This document shows, piece after piece, positions 9,378-18,048 of a stretch of 33,645 nucleotides of DNA (positions are counted from its first letter, which is position 1; each line of letters opens with the position of its first letter). A program made the position numbers and the translations under genes. The stretch spans positions 1 through 33,645 of the forward strand of contig DASYRS010000318.1 in the NCBI GenBank assembly GCA_036004205.1, read 5' to 3'. Under the pieces are notes generated by a model. It was not told where the DNA came from and made no database searches. It was given only the letters and a program-made list of their open reading frames with translations. The stretch is from Dongiaceae bacterium (GTDB lineage Bacteria > Pseudomonadota > Alphaproteobacteria > Dongiales > Dongiaceae).

Positions 9378-11084
9378 ATGGCAGACCAACAACATCACGA
9401 AGCTGACGTGAAGCAGCTTCATTCGATGGGATATTCGCAGGAACTGTCCCGACGCATGGGACTGTTCCAGAATTTCGCTATCTCATTCTCGATCATCTGC
9501 ATCCTGGCAGGCGGTATCACCGCGTTTCCGCTCTCCTTGAGCGGCGCCGGCGGTGCCTCGCTCGGCATCGGCTGGCCGCTGGCCACGGTCTTCGCCCTGC
9601 TGGTTGCCTGCGCGCTTGGCCAGATTGCCTCGGCTTATCCTACCGCCGGCGGCATCTATCACTGGGCTTCGATGCTCGGAAACAAGACCTATGGCTGGAT
9701 CGCGGCATGGCTGAACTTGTTCGGCCTGCTGTTTGTCGTCTCGTCGGTGAATTTCGGCGTGTTCCTGCTGTTCCGCGACCTGTTCCTGGCCGACGCGCTC
9801 GGCATGGATGTCAGCGGCTGGGTCACCGCCGCCCCGTTCGATCACGGCTGGTGGGTGCAAACTATCGTTATCAGTATCGTCACGATCGCCCAGGCGCTCA
9901 TCAACCACTTCGGCATAAAGCTGACGACGAAGCTGACCGATATCGCCGGCTACATCATCTTCGCAGGAAGCGTCGTCCTGATCATCGCGTTGCTGGTGAA
10001 TGCGCCCAGCTTTGAGATCAGCCGCCTATTCACGTTCAAGGACTACACCGGCGACGCCGGCGGCGGCGTCTGGGCGCCCCCGGCAAGCGACCGTTGGTTG
10101 GCGAGTTTCATGCCGGTCGTCGGTGTCGCTTTCTACCTGGCGCTGCTACAAGGCGTCTATACGATCACCGGCTTCGATGCTTCGGGCCATACCTCCGAAG
10201 AGACCCGCGGCGCCGCGACGGAAGTTCCGAAAGGCATGATCCATTCCGTGTTCTGGTCGGGTGTCTTCGGCTACGTCATGGTTTGCGCCTTCGTGCTGGT
10301 GCTGCCCTCCGTCGACGAGGGTGCCGCCAAGGGCTGGGGCTCGTTCACTTTCGTCATCGATCAGATCCATCCGACCTTCTTGAAGAACGTGCTGATCGTG
10401 ACGATTGTCGTTTCGAACTTCCTCTGCGCACTCGCCGGTCTCACTTCCACCTCGCGCATGCTTTACGCCTTCTCGCGCGACGGCGGTATCCCGTGGTTCT
10501 CCAAATCGCTGCGGCAGGTCAGCAAGGCACATCGTGTACCGGCGCATGCGATCTGGGTCAGTGCCGTTCTGGCGATTGTCGCCACGCTCTATGGCGACGC
10601 TTTTGTGGTGCTGTCGACTGGTTGCGCCGTCTTCCTCTATGTCTCCTACGTGATGCCGATCGCAGGTGGCTTCATCGCCGAAGGGAAGTCGTGGACCAAG
10701 AAGGGCCCCTTCAATCTCGGAGGTCTGTCGAAGCTAGTTGCCTTGGCGGCAATCATAGGATGCGTCCTCCTGATCGTTGTCGGCGTGCAGCCGCCCAACG
10801 AGAGAGTCGGCTATCTGCTGGTTCTCGGCGTGCTCGTCTTGCTGACGATCTGGTATCCAAAGGTGCCGGGCGTGGTGTTCGCGTTGATCACCACCGCGAT
10901 CATCTACTGGCTGTTCGCGCCATCCATCGTCTGGCTGGTGATCTTCGCGGTCATTCTGCTGGCTCTGGGGTGGTTCGTAGACGAGCGCGCCCGCTTCCAG
11001 GGCCCGCCGCTGACCGAAGAGGCGGTGAAGGCTCGCCAAGCCGAAATTGCCCGCGAGGAAGCGGCCATGGGCGGCGCCGGCTAA
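9378..11084 (+). CDS. APC-superfamily permease (GABA/amine/polyamine type)
   Basis: LHSMGYSQELSRRMGLFQNFAISFSIICIL, SAYPTAGGIYHW, GFDASGHTSEET and SRMLYAFSRDGG; RBS GAGGGGAG. Confidence 0.9.
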   Translation: MADQQHHEADVKQLHSMGYSQELSRRMGLFQNFAISFSIICILAGGITAFPLSLSGAGGASLGIGWPLATVFALLVACALGQIASAYPTAGGIYHWASMLGNKTYGWIAAWLNLFGLLFVVSSVNFGVFLLFRDLFLADALGMDVSGWVTAAPFDHGWWVQTIVISIVTIAQALINHFGIKLTTKLTDIAGYIIFAGSVVLIIALLVNAPSFEISRLFTFKDYTGDAGGGVWAPPASDRWLASFMPVVGVAFYLALLQGVYTITGFDASGHTSEETRGAATEVPKGMIHSVFWSGVFGYVMVCAFVLVLPSVDEGAAKGWGSFTFVIDQIHPTFLKNVLIVTIVVSNFLCALAGLTSTSRMLYAFSRDGGIPWFSKSLRQVSKAHRVPAHAIWVSAVLAIVATLYGDAFVVLSTGCAVFLYVSYVMPIAGGFIAEGKSWTKKGPFNLGGLSKLVALAAIIGCVLLIVVGVQPPNERVGYLLVLGVLVLLTIWYPKVPGVVFALITTAIIYWLFAPSIVWLVIFAVILLALGWFVDERARFQGPPLTEEAVKARQAEIAREEAAMGGAG

Positions 11085-11113
11085 CAACCGGTTCTTATTA
11101 CGAGATAACTGGG

Positions 11114-11144
11114 GGGGCCGCTCTTCGTAGCGGCCCCTTTTTTT
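11114..11144 (+). terminator. Rho-independent terminator
   Basis: GGGGCCGCT-CTTCGT-AGCGGCCCC-T7. Confidence 0.88.
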
Positions 11145-11159
11145 GCGACCTTTTGCGGC

Positions 11160-11188
11160 TTGACGGCACTATTGGGCCGACACAGACT
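11160..11188 (+). promoter_or_regulatory. Putative sigma70 promoter driving the riboswitch leader
   Basis: TTGACG-17 nt-CAGACT, about 20 nt before aptamer 1. Confidence 0.55.
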
Positions 11189-11204
11189 TGCCCCCTGTTT
11201 CGCC

Positions 11205-11430
11205 GCTGTCGGGAGAGACCGCGCCCCCAAATGGCAGTCTACAAGGGGGATCGCGGCGCCGAAGGAGCAACCGCCCCCGGAACCTCTCAGGCAAAAGGAC
11301 CGATCGCGGCCGAATACTCTGGAAAGCGGGCATGGCGGCGGTAAAGCCGCCGTGCCTCACCGACGGAGTAAGCCGGCCCACCCGAGTTCGGGGGTCGGTG
11401 AATCTCTCAGGTCCAATGGACAGAGGGGGG
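11205..11430 (+). ncRNA. Tandem glycine riboswitch (two aptamers)
   Basis: Aptamer 1: GGAGAGA...CGCCGAAGGAGCAA...CTCTCAGGCAAAAGGAC. Aptamer 2: CTCTGGAAAG...CACCGACGGAGTAA...AATCTCTCAGG...GACAGAG. These are the conserved blocks of the glycine (gcvT) riboswitch. Confidence 0.93.
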
Positions 11431-11486
11431 ACCAACCTTCCGCTCAACACGGGAGGACGGACCACACGTCACCGGGGGGAAGCTTG

Positions 11487-12584
11487 ATGGCCGGAGAAGA
11501 AGATCATCGCGCGTGGCGGGCCCCCTCTGTGGCGGAGACCTTGCGCGCCCCTGCTTCGCCCTTTGCCCTCGATCCCGAGCGACGCGCCGCCCTCAGCCTG
11601 GTTCTGATGAACGGTTTTGCGCTGGGCGATCTGGCGCGCCTGCTCGACGTCTTCACCTCCGCCAACGAATTGTCGCAGCGCCGCGCCTTCGGGTGGGAGG
11701 TCGTGGCGATTTCCGGCCGTTCGGTCGCCAGCTCCGCCGGCATCCCCGTCGCGGCCGACGGCGACGTGACGGAACTGCGCCCGCTGTCCACGGTGATTGT
11801 CTTCAGCGATGCCGATGCGTCGGGCGACGATTGCGCCGGCCTCGCCGCCTGGCTCAGCGCGCACCCGGCCTCGATCCAGCGCCTCGGCGGCATCGGCGGT
11901 GGGTGTTCCGTCCTCGGGCGCATTTCCGCCATGCCGAAGGAACGCGCTCGTGGAGCGGCTCAGCGCAAGGAGATGTTCTGGCGCAAGGACGATTTCTTCG
12001 GCTGCCGCGGCGGCTGCGCGACCTCGGATTTCGCGCTCGCCAATGTCGAGGCGCTGCTGGGTTCCGCCGTCGCCCAGCAGGTCATGATGCGCCTGGCGCG
12101 CCAGCGCGTGCGCAAGAAGATCGAGCCAGCCGCCGACCAGCAGCAATCGATCGAGACCCAGGTCGCGCCGCCGATCAAGCGCGCCGTCGCGCTGATGCGC
12201 AACACGGTGTCGGATCCCGTCCCCCTGCCGAAGATCGCGGCGGAAGCCGGCATACACCTGCGGCACTTGGAGCGGCTGTTCCACCGCCATCTCGGCGTCA
12301 GCCCGCGCGGCTACTATCAGCGCCTCCGCCTGGCGCGTGCGCGCGATCTCGTCCAGGGCACCATGTTGGGGCTGGCGCGGGTGGCGGAAGCGGTGGGTTT
12401 CGACTCGCTTTCGCATTTCTCGAAATGCTATATGGACGCCCACGGAGTGAGGCCGAGCGAGGACCGCCAGCGTCACTTCACCACGCCCGGCGACATGCCG
12501 GGTGACGGCCTCACGGGGGACGCGCCAACACTCACCGAACCACCGACCAAACGCCCATCCGGCGCGCGTCGCCACGCCGCCTAG
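11487..12584 (+). CDS. GlxA/GbdR-family AraC transcriptional regulator with a degenerate DJ-1/PfpI-like domain
   Basis: N-terminal LVLMNGF...ANELSQRRAFGWEVVAISGRSVASSAG; C-terminal AraC HTH RHLERLFHRHLGVSPRGYY...VGFDSLSHFSKCY. Start moved to ATG 11487 because the ORF-track extension lies over the riboswitch. Confidence 0.85.
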   Translation: MAGEEDHRAWRAPSVAETLRAPASPFALDPERRAALSLVLMNGFALGDLARLLDVFTSANELSQRRAFGWEVVAISGRSVASSAGIPVAADGDVTELRPLSTVIVFSDADASGDDCAGLAAWLSAHPASIQRLGGIGGGCSVLGRISAMPKERARGAAQRKEMFWRKDDFFGCRGGCATSDFALANVEALLGSAVAQQVMMRLARQRVRKKIEPAADQQQSIETQVAPPIKRAVALMRNTVSDPVPLPKIAAEAGIHLRHLERLFHRHLGVSPRGYYQRLRLARARDLVQGTMLGLARVAEAVGFDSLSHFSKCYMDAHGVRPSEDRQRHFTTPGDMPGDGLTGDAPTLTEPPTKRPSGARRHAA

Positions 12585-12631
12585 AGTCCAATCACGATAT
12601 AAATCAAGACGACAAAACGGGGGATTACGTC

Positions 12632-14005
12632 ATGCCTTTGAAGCCGGAGCAGGTGAAGAGCGTCGCTCACGCCAAGAAGATCGTTGAGGAACGCGGCCTC
12701 ACCCACGTCAAGGTCGGGGTGTTCGACGGCGATGCCATCCTGCGCGGCAAATACATGTCGAAGGCGAAGTTCCTTTCCGCGCTCGATGGCGGCTTCGGAT
12801 TCTGCGACGTTGTGCTGGGCTGGGACAGCAACGACCAATTGTTCGACAACGTGAAATACACCGGCTGGCACACCGCCTATCCCGATGCGTGGGTGCGGGT
12901 GATCCCGGAGACCTGCCGCGAGATTCCGTTCGAGGATGGGATGCTGTTCTTCCTCGCCGAGTTCGTGAACAAGGCGGAAGAGATATGCCCGCGCGGCGTG
13001 CTGCGCCGCGTGCTCGATCGGGCCGCGAAGATGGGCTATGAGGCCTATTCCTCGGCCGAGTACGAGTTTTTCATGTTCGACGAAACGCCGGAGAGCGTGC
13101 GCGAGAAGGGCTTCCGCAACCTGACGCCGATGACGCCCGGCTATTTCGGTTATTCGATGCTGCGCGGCTCGGTCTGGGCCGAGCTCTATCACGAGATCCT
13201 CGATACCTGCGAAAAGATGCGCATGCCGATCGAGGGCCTGCACACCGAGACCGGCCCCGGCGTCCTTGAAGCGGCCCTCGCCTTCGACAAGGCGTTGGAG
13301 AGCGCCGACCGCGCCGCCTTGTTCAAGACCTTCACGAAAGTGCTGGCGCAGCGCCGCGGCCTGATGGCGACCTTCATGGCGAAGTGGTCGAACAACTGGC
13401 CCGGCCAGAGCGGCCACATCCATGTCAGCCTGAAAGGCAAGGACGGCAAGTCGGTCTTCTACGATGCCAAGAAGCCGCACTGCATGAGCGACAAGCAGCG
13501 CTGGTTCGTCGGCGGCCAGCAGGCCCTGATGCCGGAGCTGCTCGGCATGGTGAGCTGCACGGTCAACTCCTATTCGCGCCTGATCCCCGGCTTCTGGGCG
13601 CCGACCAACGCGACCTGGGGCGTCGAGAACCGCACCTGTGCCCTGCGCGTCATTCCGGGATCGGAAAAATCGCAGCGCGTCGAATATCGCATCGCCGCCG
13701 CCGACATGAACCCCTACCTCGCCATGTCGGTCGCGATCGGCTCAGGCCTCTACGGCATCGAGAACAAGATCGAGCCGATGCCGCCCATCGTCGGCAACTC
13801 CTACGACATGAAGCACCCGGCGAAGCTCGACCTGCCCCGCACTTTGTGGGAAGCGGCCCAGTGCTTGCGCAAGTCGAAGGCGGCGGCAGACCTGTTCGGC
13901 GAAGCCTTCGTCGAGCACTGGGCTTCGACCCGCGACTGGGAGGAGCGCGAGTTCCGCAAGCACATCACCGACTGGGAACTGCAGCGTTATTTCGAGATCA
14001 TCTGA
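12632..14005 (+). CDS. Glutamine synthetase-like gamma-glutamylamide synthetase
   Basis: EYEFF, HTETGPGVLE, SGHIHVS, NSYSRL, ENRTCALR and RVEYR...NPY. The flap motif is GFWAP rather than the GYEAP of true GS. Confidence 0.9.
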   Translation: MPLKPEQVKSVAHAKKIVEERGLTHVKVGVFDGDAILRGKYMSKAKFLSALDGGFGFCDVVLGWDSNDQLFDNVKYTGWHTAYPDAWVRVIPETCREIPFEDGMLFFLAEFVNKAEEICPRGVLRRVLDRAAKMGYEAYSSAEYEFFMFDETPESVREKGFRNLTPMTPGYFGYSMLRGSVWAELYHEILDTCEKMRMPIEGLHTETGPGVLEAALAFDKALESADRAALFKTFTKVLAQRRGLMATFMAKWSNNWPGQSGHIHVSLKGKDGKSVFYDAKKPHCMSDKQRWFVGGQQALMPELLGMVSCTVNSYSRLIPGFWAPTNATWGVENRTCALRVIPGSEKSQRVEYRIAAADMNPYLAMSVAIGSGLYGIENKIEPMPPIVGNSYDMKHPAKLDLPRTLWEAAQCLRKSKAAADLFGEAFVEHWASTRDWEEREFRKHITDWELQRYFEII

Positions 14006-14020
14006 CGGACGACGGACATC

Positions 14021-15409
14021 ATGGCCTCCATCCAGAAAACCATCACCCCGATCGACAACAGCGTCTATGTCGAGCGGCCCTATGCAACGCCGGCGGAGAT
14101 CGCGGCCACCCTGAAAGCGGCCGCCGAGGCGCAGCGCAAGTGGAAGTCGACGCCAATCGCCGAGCGCGCGAAGATCCTCGGCAAGGCGATCGATATCTTC
14201 CTGACGCACAAGGACCAGCACGCCGAGCAGATCACGCGCCAGATGGGCCGCCCGATCGCGCAAAGCCCGGGCGAGATGCGCGGCTTCGAGGAGCGCGCGC
14301 GCTACATGATCCAGGTCGCGGGCGAAGCCCTCGCCGACATCGAGGCCACGGACAAGCCCGGCTTCGTGCGCTTCATCCGCCGCGAACCGCTGGGCGTCGT
14401 CTTCATCGTGGCGCCGTGGAACTATCCGTACCTGACCTCGGTCAACGGCGTGGTGCCTGCGCTGATGGCGGGCAACGCCGTGGTCTTGAAGCACTCCGCC
14501 CAGACGCCGCTGTGCGCCGAAGGCTTTCAGCAGGCGTTCGATGCAGCCGGCCTGCCCAAGGGCCTGTTCCAGCATCTGGTGCTGACGCATGACGACACGG
14601 CCAAGGTGATCGCGGCGCCCGAAGTCGCCTACTGCAACTTCACCGGCTCGGTCGCCGGCGGGCATGCCGTGCAGCAAGCCGCGCTCGGCAAGTTCATGGG
14701 CCTTGGCCTGGAGCTGGGCGGCAAGGACCCGGCTTATGTGCGCGCCGACGCCAATCTGGATCACGCGGTCGAGAACCTGGTCGATGGCGCGATGTTCAAT
14801 TCTGGTCAGTGCTGCTGTGCGATCGAGCGCATCTACGTGCACGAAAAGCTGTTCGACAAGTTTGTGGACGGCTTTGTGGATCTCACAAAAAAATACAAGC
14901 TCGGCAATCCGCTCGACACCAATACCAACCTCGGACCCATGGTGCGCACCTCCGCCGCCGAGTTCGTGCGCGGCCAGATCGCCGATGCGGTGAAGCGCGG
15001 CGCCAAGGCGCTGATCGATCCCAAGAGCTTCGCGGCCGACAAGCCCGGCACCCCGTACCTGGCACCGCAGGTGCTGGTGAATGTCGATCATGCCATGGGC
15101 GTGATGTCGGAGGAGAGCTTCGGCCCCGTCATCGGCATCATGAAAGTGAAGTCGGATGACGAGGCGGTCCGCTTGATGAACGATAGCAAATACGGCCTCA
15201 CCTGCGCGCTCTGGACCTCGGACACGGACGAAGCGGAGAAGATCGGCGACCGGCTCGAAACCGGAACGGTCTACATGAATCGCTGCGATTATCTGGATCC
15301 GGCCCTGGCCTGGGTCGGCGTCAAGGATTCGGGGCGCGGCGCCACTTTGAGCCGAGTCGGCTACGAGATGCTGACAAGGCCCAAGTCGTTCCACCTCAGG
15401 AAGATTTAG
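14021..15409 (+). CDS. Aldehyde dehydrogenase family protein
   Basis: APWNYP, FTGSVAGG, LELGGKDP, FNSGQCCCAIER and EESFGPV. Confidence 0.95.
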   Translation: MASIQKTITPIDNSVYVERPYATPAEIAATLKAAAEAQRKWKSTPIAERAKILGKAIDIFLTHKDQHAEQITRQMGRPIAQSPGEMRGFEERARYMIQVAGEALADIEATDKPGFVRFIRREPLGVVFIVAPWNYPYLTSVNGVVPALMAGNAVVLKHSAQTPLCAEGFQQAFDAAGLPKGLFQHLVLTHDDTAKVIAAPEVAYCNFTGSVAGGHAVQQAALGKFMGLGLELGGKDPAYVRADANLDHAVENLVDGAMFNSGQCCCAIERIYVHEKLFDKFVDGFVDLTKKYKLGNPLDTNTNLGPMVRTSAAEFVRGQIADAVKRGAKALIDPKSFAADKPGTPYLAPQVLVNVDHAMGVMSEESFGPVIGIMKVKSDDEAVRLMNDSKYGLTCALWTSDTDEAEKIGDRLETGTVYMNRCDYLDPALAWVGVKDSGRGATLSRVGYEMLTRPKSFHLRKI

Positions 15410-15469
15410 AGCCGCAGGCCCATTCCCCGCCCCTGGACAGACCCTCAAACCCCTGCAAATCTGCCGGTC

Positions 15470-16831
15470 GTGAGGGACTCCATCGCAAATAGCAGGGTGG
15501 TTATTATCGGCGGCGGGGTGGTCGGTTGCGCCATTTTCCGGCGCCTGGCCATGGCCGGGTTGGAGCCCATTCTGCTGGAGGCGGCGTCCGACATCCTGGA
15601 CGGCGCCAGCAAGGGCAACAGCGCCCTGCTCCACACCGGGTTCGACGCACCGGAGAACAGCATCGAGCTCTCCTGCATCCAGGCGGGCTATCGCGAGTAT
15701 CTGGCGATCAGGGGCCACCTCAACCTGCCGCTGGTGGAAAGCGGCGCGCTGGTGGTGGCGTGGGACGAAGAACAGCTCGCCAAATTGCCGGTGATCGTCG
15801 AGAAGGCGCACCGCAACGGCGTCGCCGCCGCGGTGCAGATCGACCGCAACGAACTGCGCAAGCGCGAGCCGTTCCTGAGCGCCCGCGGCCTCGGCGCGGT
15901 CCATGTTCCGGGCGAGCACATTATCGATCCCTGGTCCGCGCCGCTTGCCTACGCGCATCAGGGGCTGGCGCATAACGGGCGCATCCTCCGGCGCTGCCGC
16001 GTCACCGGCGGCGAATTCGATGGCTGGCGCTGGAATTTGCAGACCACGCTGGGCGAAGTCACGGCCGGCGTGGTCATCAACGCCGCCGGCAATTACGGCG
16101 ATCTGGTGGAAGCCATCAATCAGGAAAGCCCCTTCACCATCACGCCGCGCAAGGGCCAGTTCGTCGTGTTCGACAAGCCGGCGGTCAAGCTGCTGCACGC
16201 CATCATCCTGCCGGTGCCGACCGACCGCACCAAGGGCATCGTCGCCTGCCGCACGGTGTTCGGCAATCTGCTGGTGGGCCCGACAGCGGAGGATCAGCAG
16301 GACCGCGCGTGCGCCGAGGTTGACCATGCGACCTTGGAGCAGCTGATCGCCAAGGGCGTGGAGATGATCCCCGGCCTTGCGCGTCATTCCGTCAACGCGA
16401 TCTATGCCGGCCTGCGCCCCGCGACCCAGTTCAAGGATTATCAGATCGCGGTCAATCGCCAGCGCCGCTGGATCACCGCCGCCGGCATCCGTTCGACCGG
16501 CCTCACCTCCGCGCTCGGCATCGCCCAGATGGTCGGCCGGGGTTTCGCCGAGACCTTTGGCGGCATGCGCGAAGAGGAGCCGATCTGGACGCCGGTCCCC
16601 AATCTCGCGGAGGACCGGCCGCGCCAATATCTGACGCCGGCCGGCGGCGACATCGTGTGCCATTGCGAGTGGGTGACCCGGGGCGAGATCGAAGCCGCCC
16701 TCGGTGGCCCGTTGCCGGCCGGCGACCTCGGTGGCCTCAAGCGGCGCACGCGCTGCATGATGGGACGCTGCCAGGGCTTCTATTGCAGCGCCCAGGTCAT
16801 GGCGCTGGCGGAAGGCCGGCTGCAGCCATGA
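15470..16831 (+). CDS. FAD-dependent oxidoreductase, GlpA/glycerol-3-phosphate dehydrogenase-like, with a C-terminal BFD-like [2Fe-2S] domain
   Basis: IIGGGVVG, ASKGNSALLHTGFD, TKGI, VGPTAED, YAGLRPA and GIRSTGLTS; C-terminal CHCE...RRTRCMMGRCQGFYC. The GTG start is uncertain. Confidence 0.85.
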   Translation: MRDSIANSRVVIIGGGVVGCAIFRRLAMAGLEPILLEAASDILDGASKGNSALLHTGFDAPENSIELSCIQAGYREYLAIRGHLNLPLVESGALVVAWDEEQLAKLPVIVEKAHRNGVAAAVQIDRNELRKREPFLSARGLGAVHVPGEHIIDPWSAPLAYAHQGLAHNGRILRRCRVTGGEFDGWRWNLQTTLGEVTAGVVINAAGNYGDLVEAINQESPFTITPRKGQFVVFDKPAVKLLHAIILPVPTDRTKGIVACRTVFGNLLVGPTAEDQQDRACAEVDHATLEQLIAKGVEMIPGLARHSVNAIYAGLRPATQFKDYQIAVNRQRRWITAAGIRSTGLTSALGIAQMVGRGFAETFGGMREEEPIWTPVPNLAEDRPRQYLTPAGGDIVCHCEWVTRGEIEAALGGPLPAGDLGGLKRRTRCMMGRCQGFYCSAQVMALAEGRLQP

Positions 16832-18048
16832 CGAACACGAGCGATGTTCTGATCCTGGGTGGCGGGCCGGCGGGCCTCTCCTGCGCGCGTGCCCTGCGCG
16901 CCGTTGGTGTCCACAATGCGGTGGTGCTGGAGCGCGAGAGCGCGCTGGGCGGCATCCCGCGCCATTGCGGCCACCTCGGGTTCGGCTTGCGGGAGTTCGG
17001 CAAGGTCTATAGCGGCTCCGATTATGCCAAGCGCCTGGCCGACGAAGCGGTGGGCGCGGATCTGCGGTCCCGCATGACGGTCTTGAAGCTGGAGCCGGGC
17101 GGGCTGGTGCGCGCGACCGGTCCCAACGGCGCGGAGGATTTCCAGGCCAAGGCGGTGGTCCTGGCGTTCGGCGCGCGTGAAACGCCGCGCAGCGAGCGCC
17201 TCATCTCCGGCGGGCGGCCGTTCGGCGTGATGAATACCGGCGCCTTGCAGCAATTCGTCTATCTCCACGGCAAGTGCCCGTTCGAGCGGCCGGTCGTGAT
17301 AGGCAGCGAGCTGGTGGCGTTCTCCACGCTTCTGACCCTGCGCCATGTCGGCATCAAACCATTGGCCATCGTCGAGGAAAATGAGCGCATCACCGCGCAC
17401 CAGCCGGGCAAGTGGGTGGCGCGGCTGGGCTTCGGCGTCCCGGTGCTGACCGGCACCCGACTCATCCGGATCATCGGCCGGCAGAAGGTGACCGCGGTCG
17501 AGCTCGATCGCGGCTTCGGGCCGGAGCGCATGGAATGCGACGGCGTCATCCTGACCGGCCGGTTCCGCCCGGAGACCGCTTTGATCGCGCCCAGCCATGT
17601 CGAGATCGATCCCGGCACCGGCGGTCCGTCGATCGATGCCTACTTCCGCTGCTCCGATCATCACTATTTCGCCGCCGGCAACGTGCTGCGCGGCATCGAG
17701 ACGGCGGGACAATGCTGGCGCGAAGGCAAGGCGGTGGCGGAGATGGTGATGGCGCGGCTGGAAAACCGCCTGCCGCTGCGCCAGCCCGATGCCCGCGTCA
17801 CGCTGCGGGGACCGCTCACCTATGTCTATCCGCAGCGCATCTATCGCGACGCGCCCACCACGCATCCTCTGCTGTTCAAGGCGCGGGTGGCGCATGAAGT
17901 GCGCGGCCGGCTATCGGTCGTCGTCGATGGCAGCGTGGTATGGTCGCGCCGCATCTCCGCTTTGCCGGAGCGCCGCATCGCCTGGAAGCTGCCCTACCGG
18001 GACATGAGAAACTGCCAGCAGATCTCGGTGGAACTGGATGCCGCCTGA
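16828..18048 (+). CDS. NAD(P)/FAD-dependent oxidoreductase (pyridine nucleotide-disulphide oxidoreductase fold)
   Basis: DVLILGGGPAGL, LGGIPRHCGHLGFG, GARETPR and FAAGNVL; ATGA overlap with the upstream gene. Confidence 0.85.
   Translation: MTNTSDVLILGGGPAGLSCARALRAVGVHNAVVLERESALGGIPRHCGHLGFGLREFGKVYSGSDYAKRLADEAVGADLRSRMTVLKLEPGGLVRATGPNGAEDFQAKAVVLAFGARETPRSERLISGGRPFGVMNTGALQQFVYLHGKCPFERPVVIGSELVAFSTLLTLRHVGIKPLAIVEENERITAHQPGKWVARLGFGVPVLTGTRLIRIIGRQKVTAVELDRGFGPERMECDGVILTGRFRPETALIAPSHVEIDPGTGGPSIDAYFRCSDHHYFAAGNVLRGIETAGQCWREGKAVAEMVMARLENRLPLRQPDARVTLRGPLTYVYPQRIYRDAPTTHPLLFKARVAHEVRGRLSVVVDGSVVWSRRISALPERRIAWKLPYRDMRNCQQISVELDAA

Noticed and set aside
11160-11486. 109-aa N-terminal extension of the AraC ORF
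   Set aside because: Covers the promoter and glycine riboswitch and reads as low-quality protein; ATG 11487 has an RBS.
12632-14005. Calling this gene glnA
   Set aside because: It lacks the GYEAP flap Glu and the NGSG motif of true GS, and its context is catabolic.
13742-16663. 973-aa minus-strand ORF
   Set aside because: Antisense shadow of the well-supported ligase, ALDH and flavoprotein genes in high-GC DNA; no recognisable motifs.
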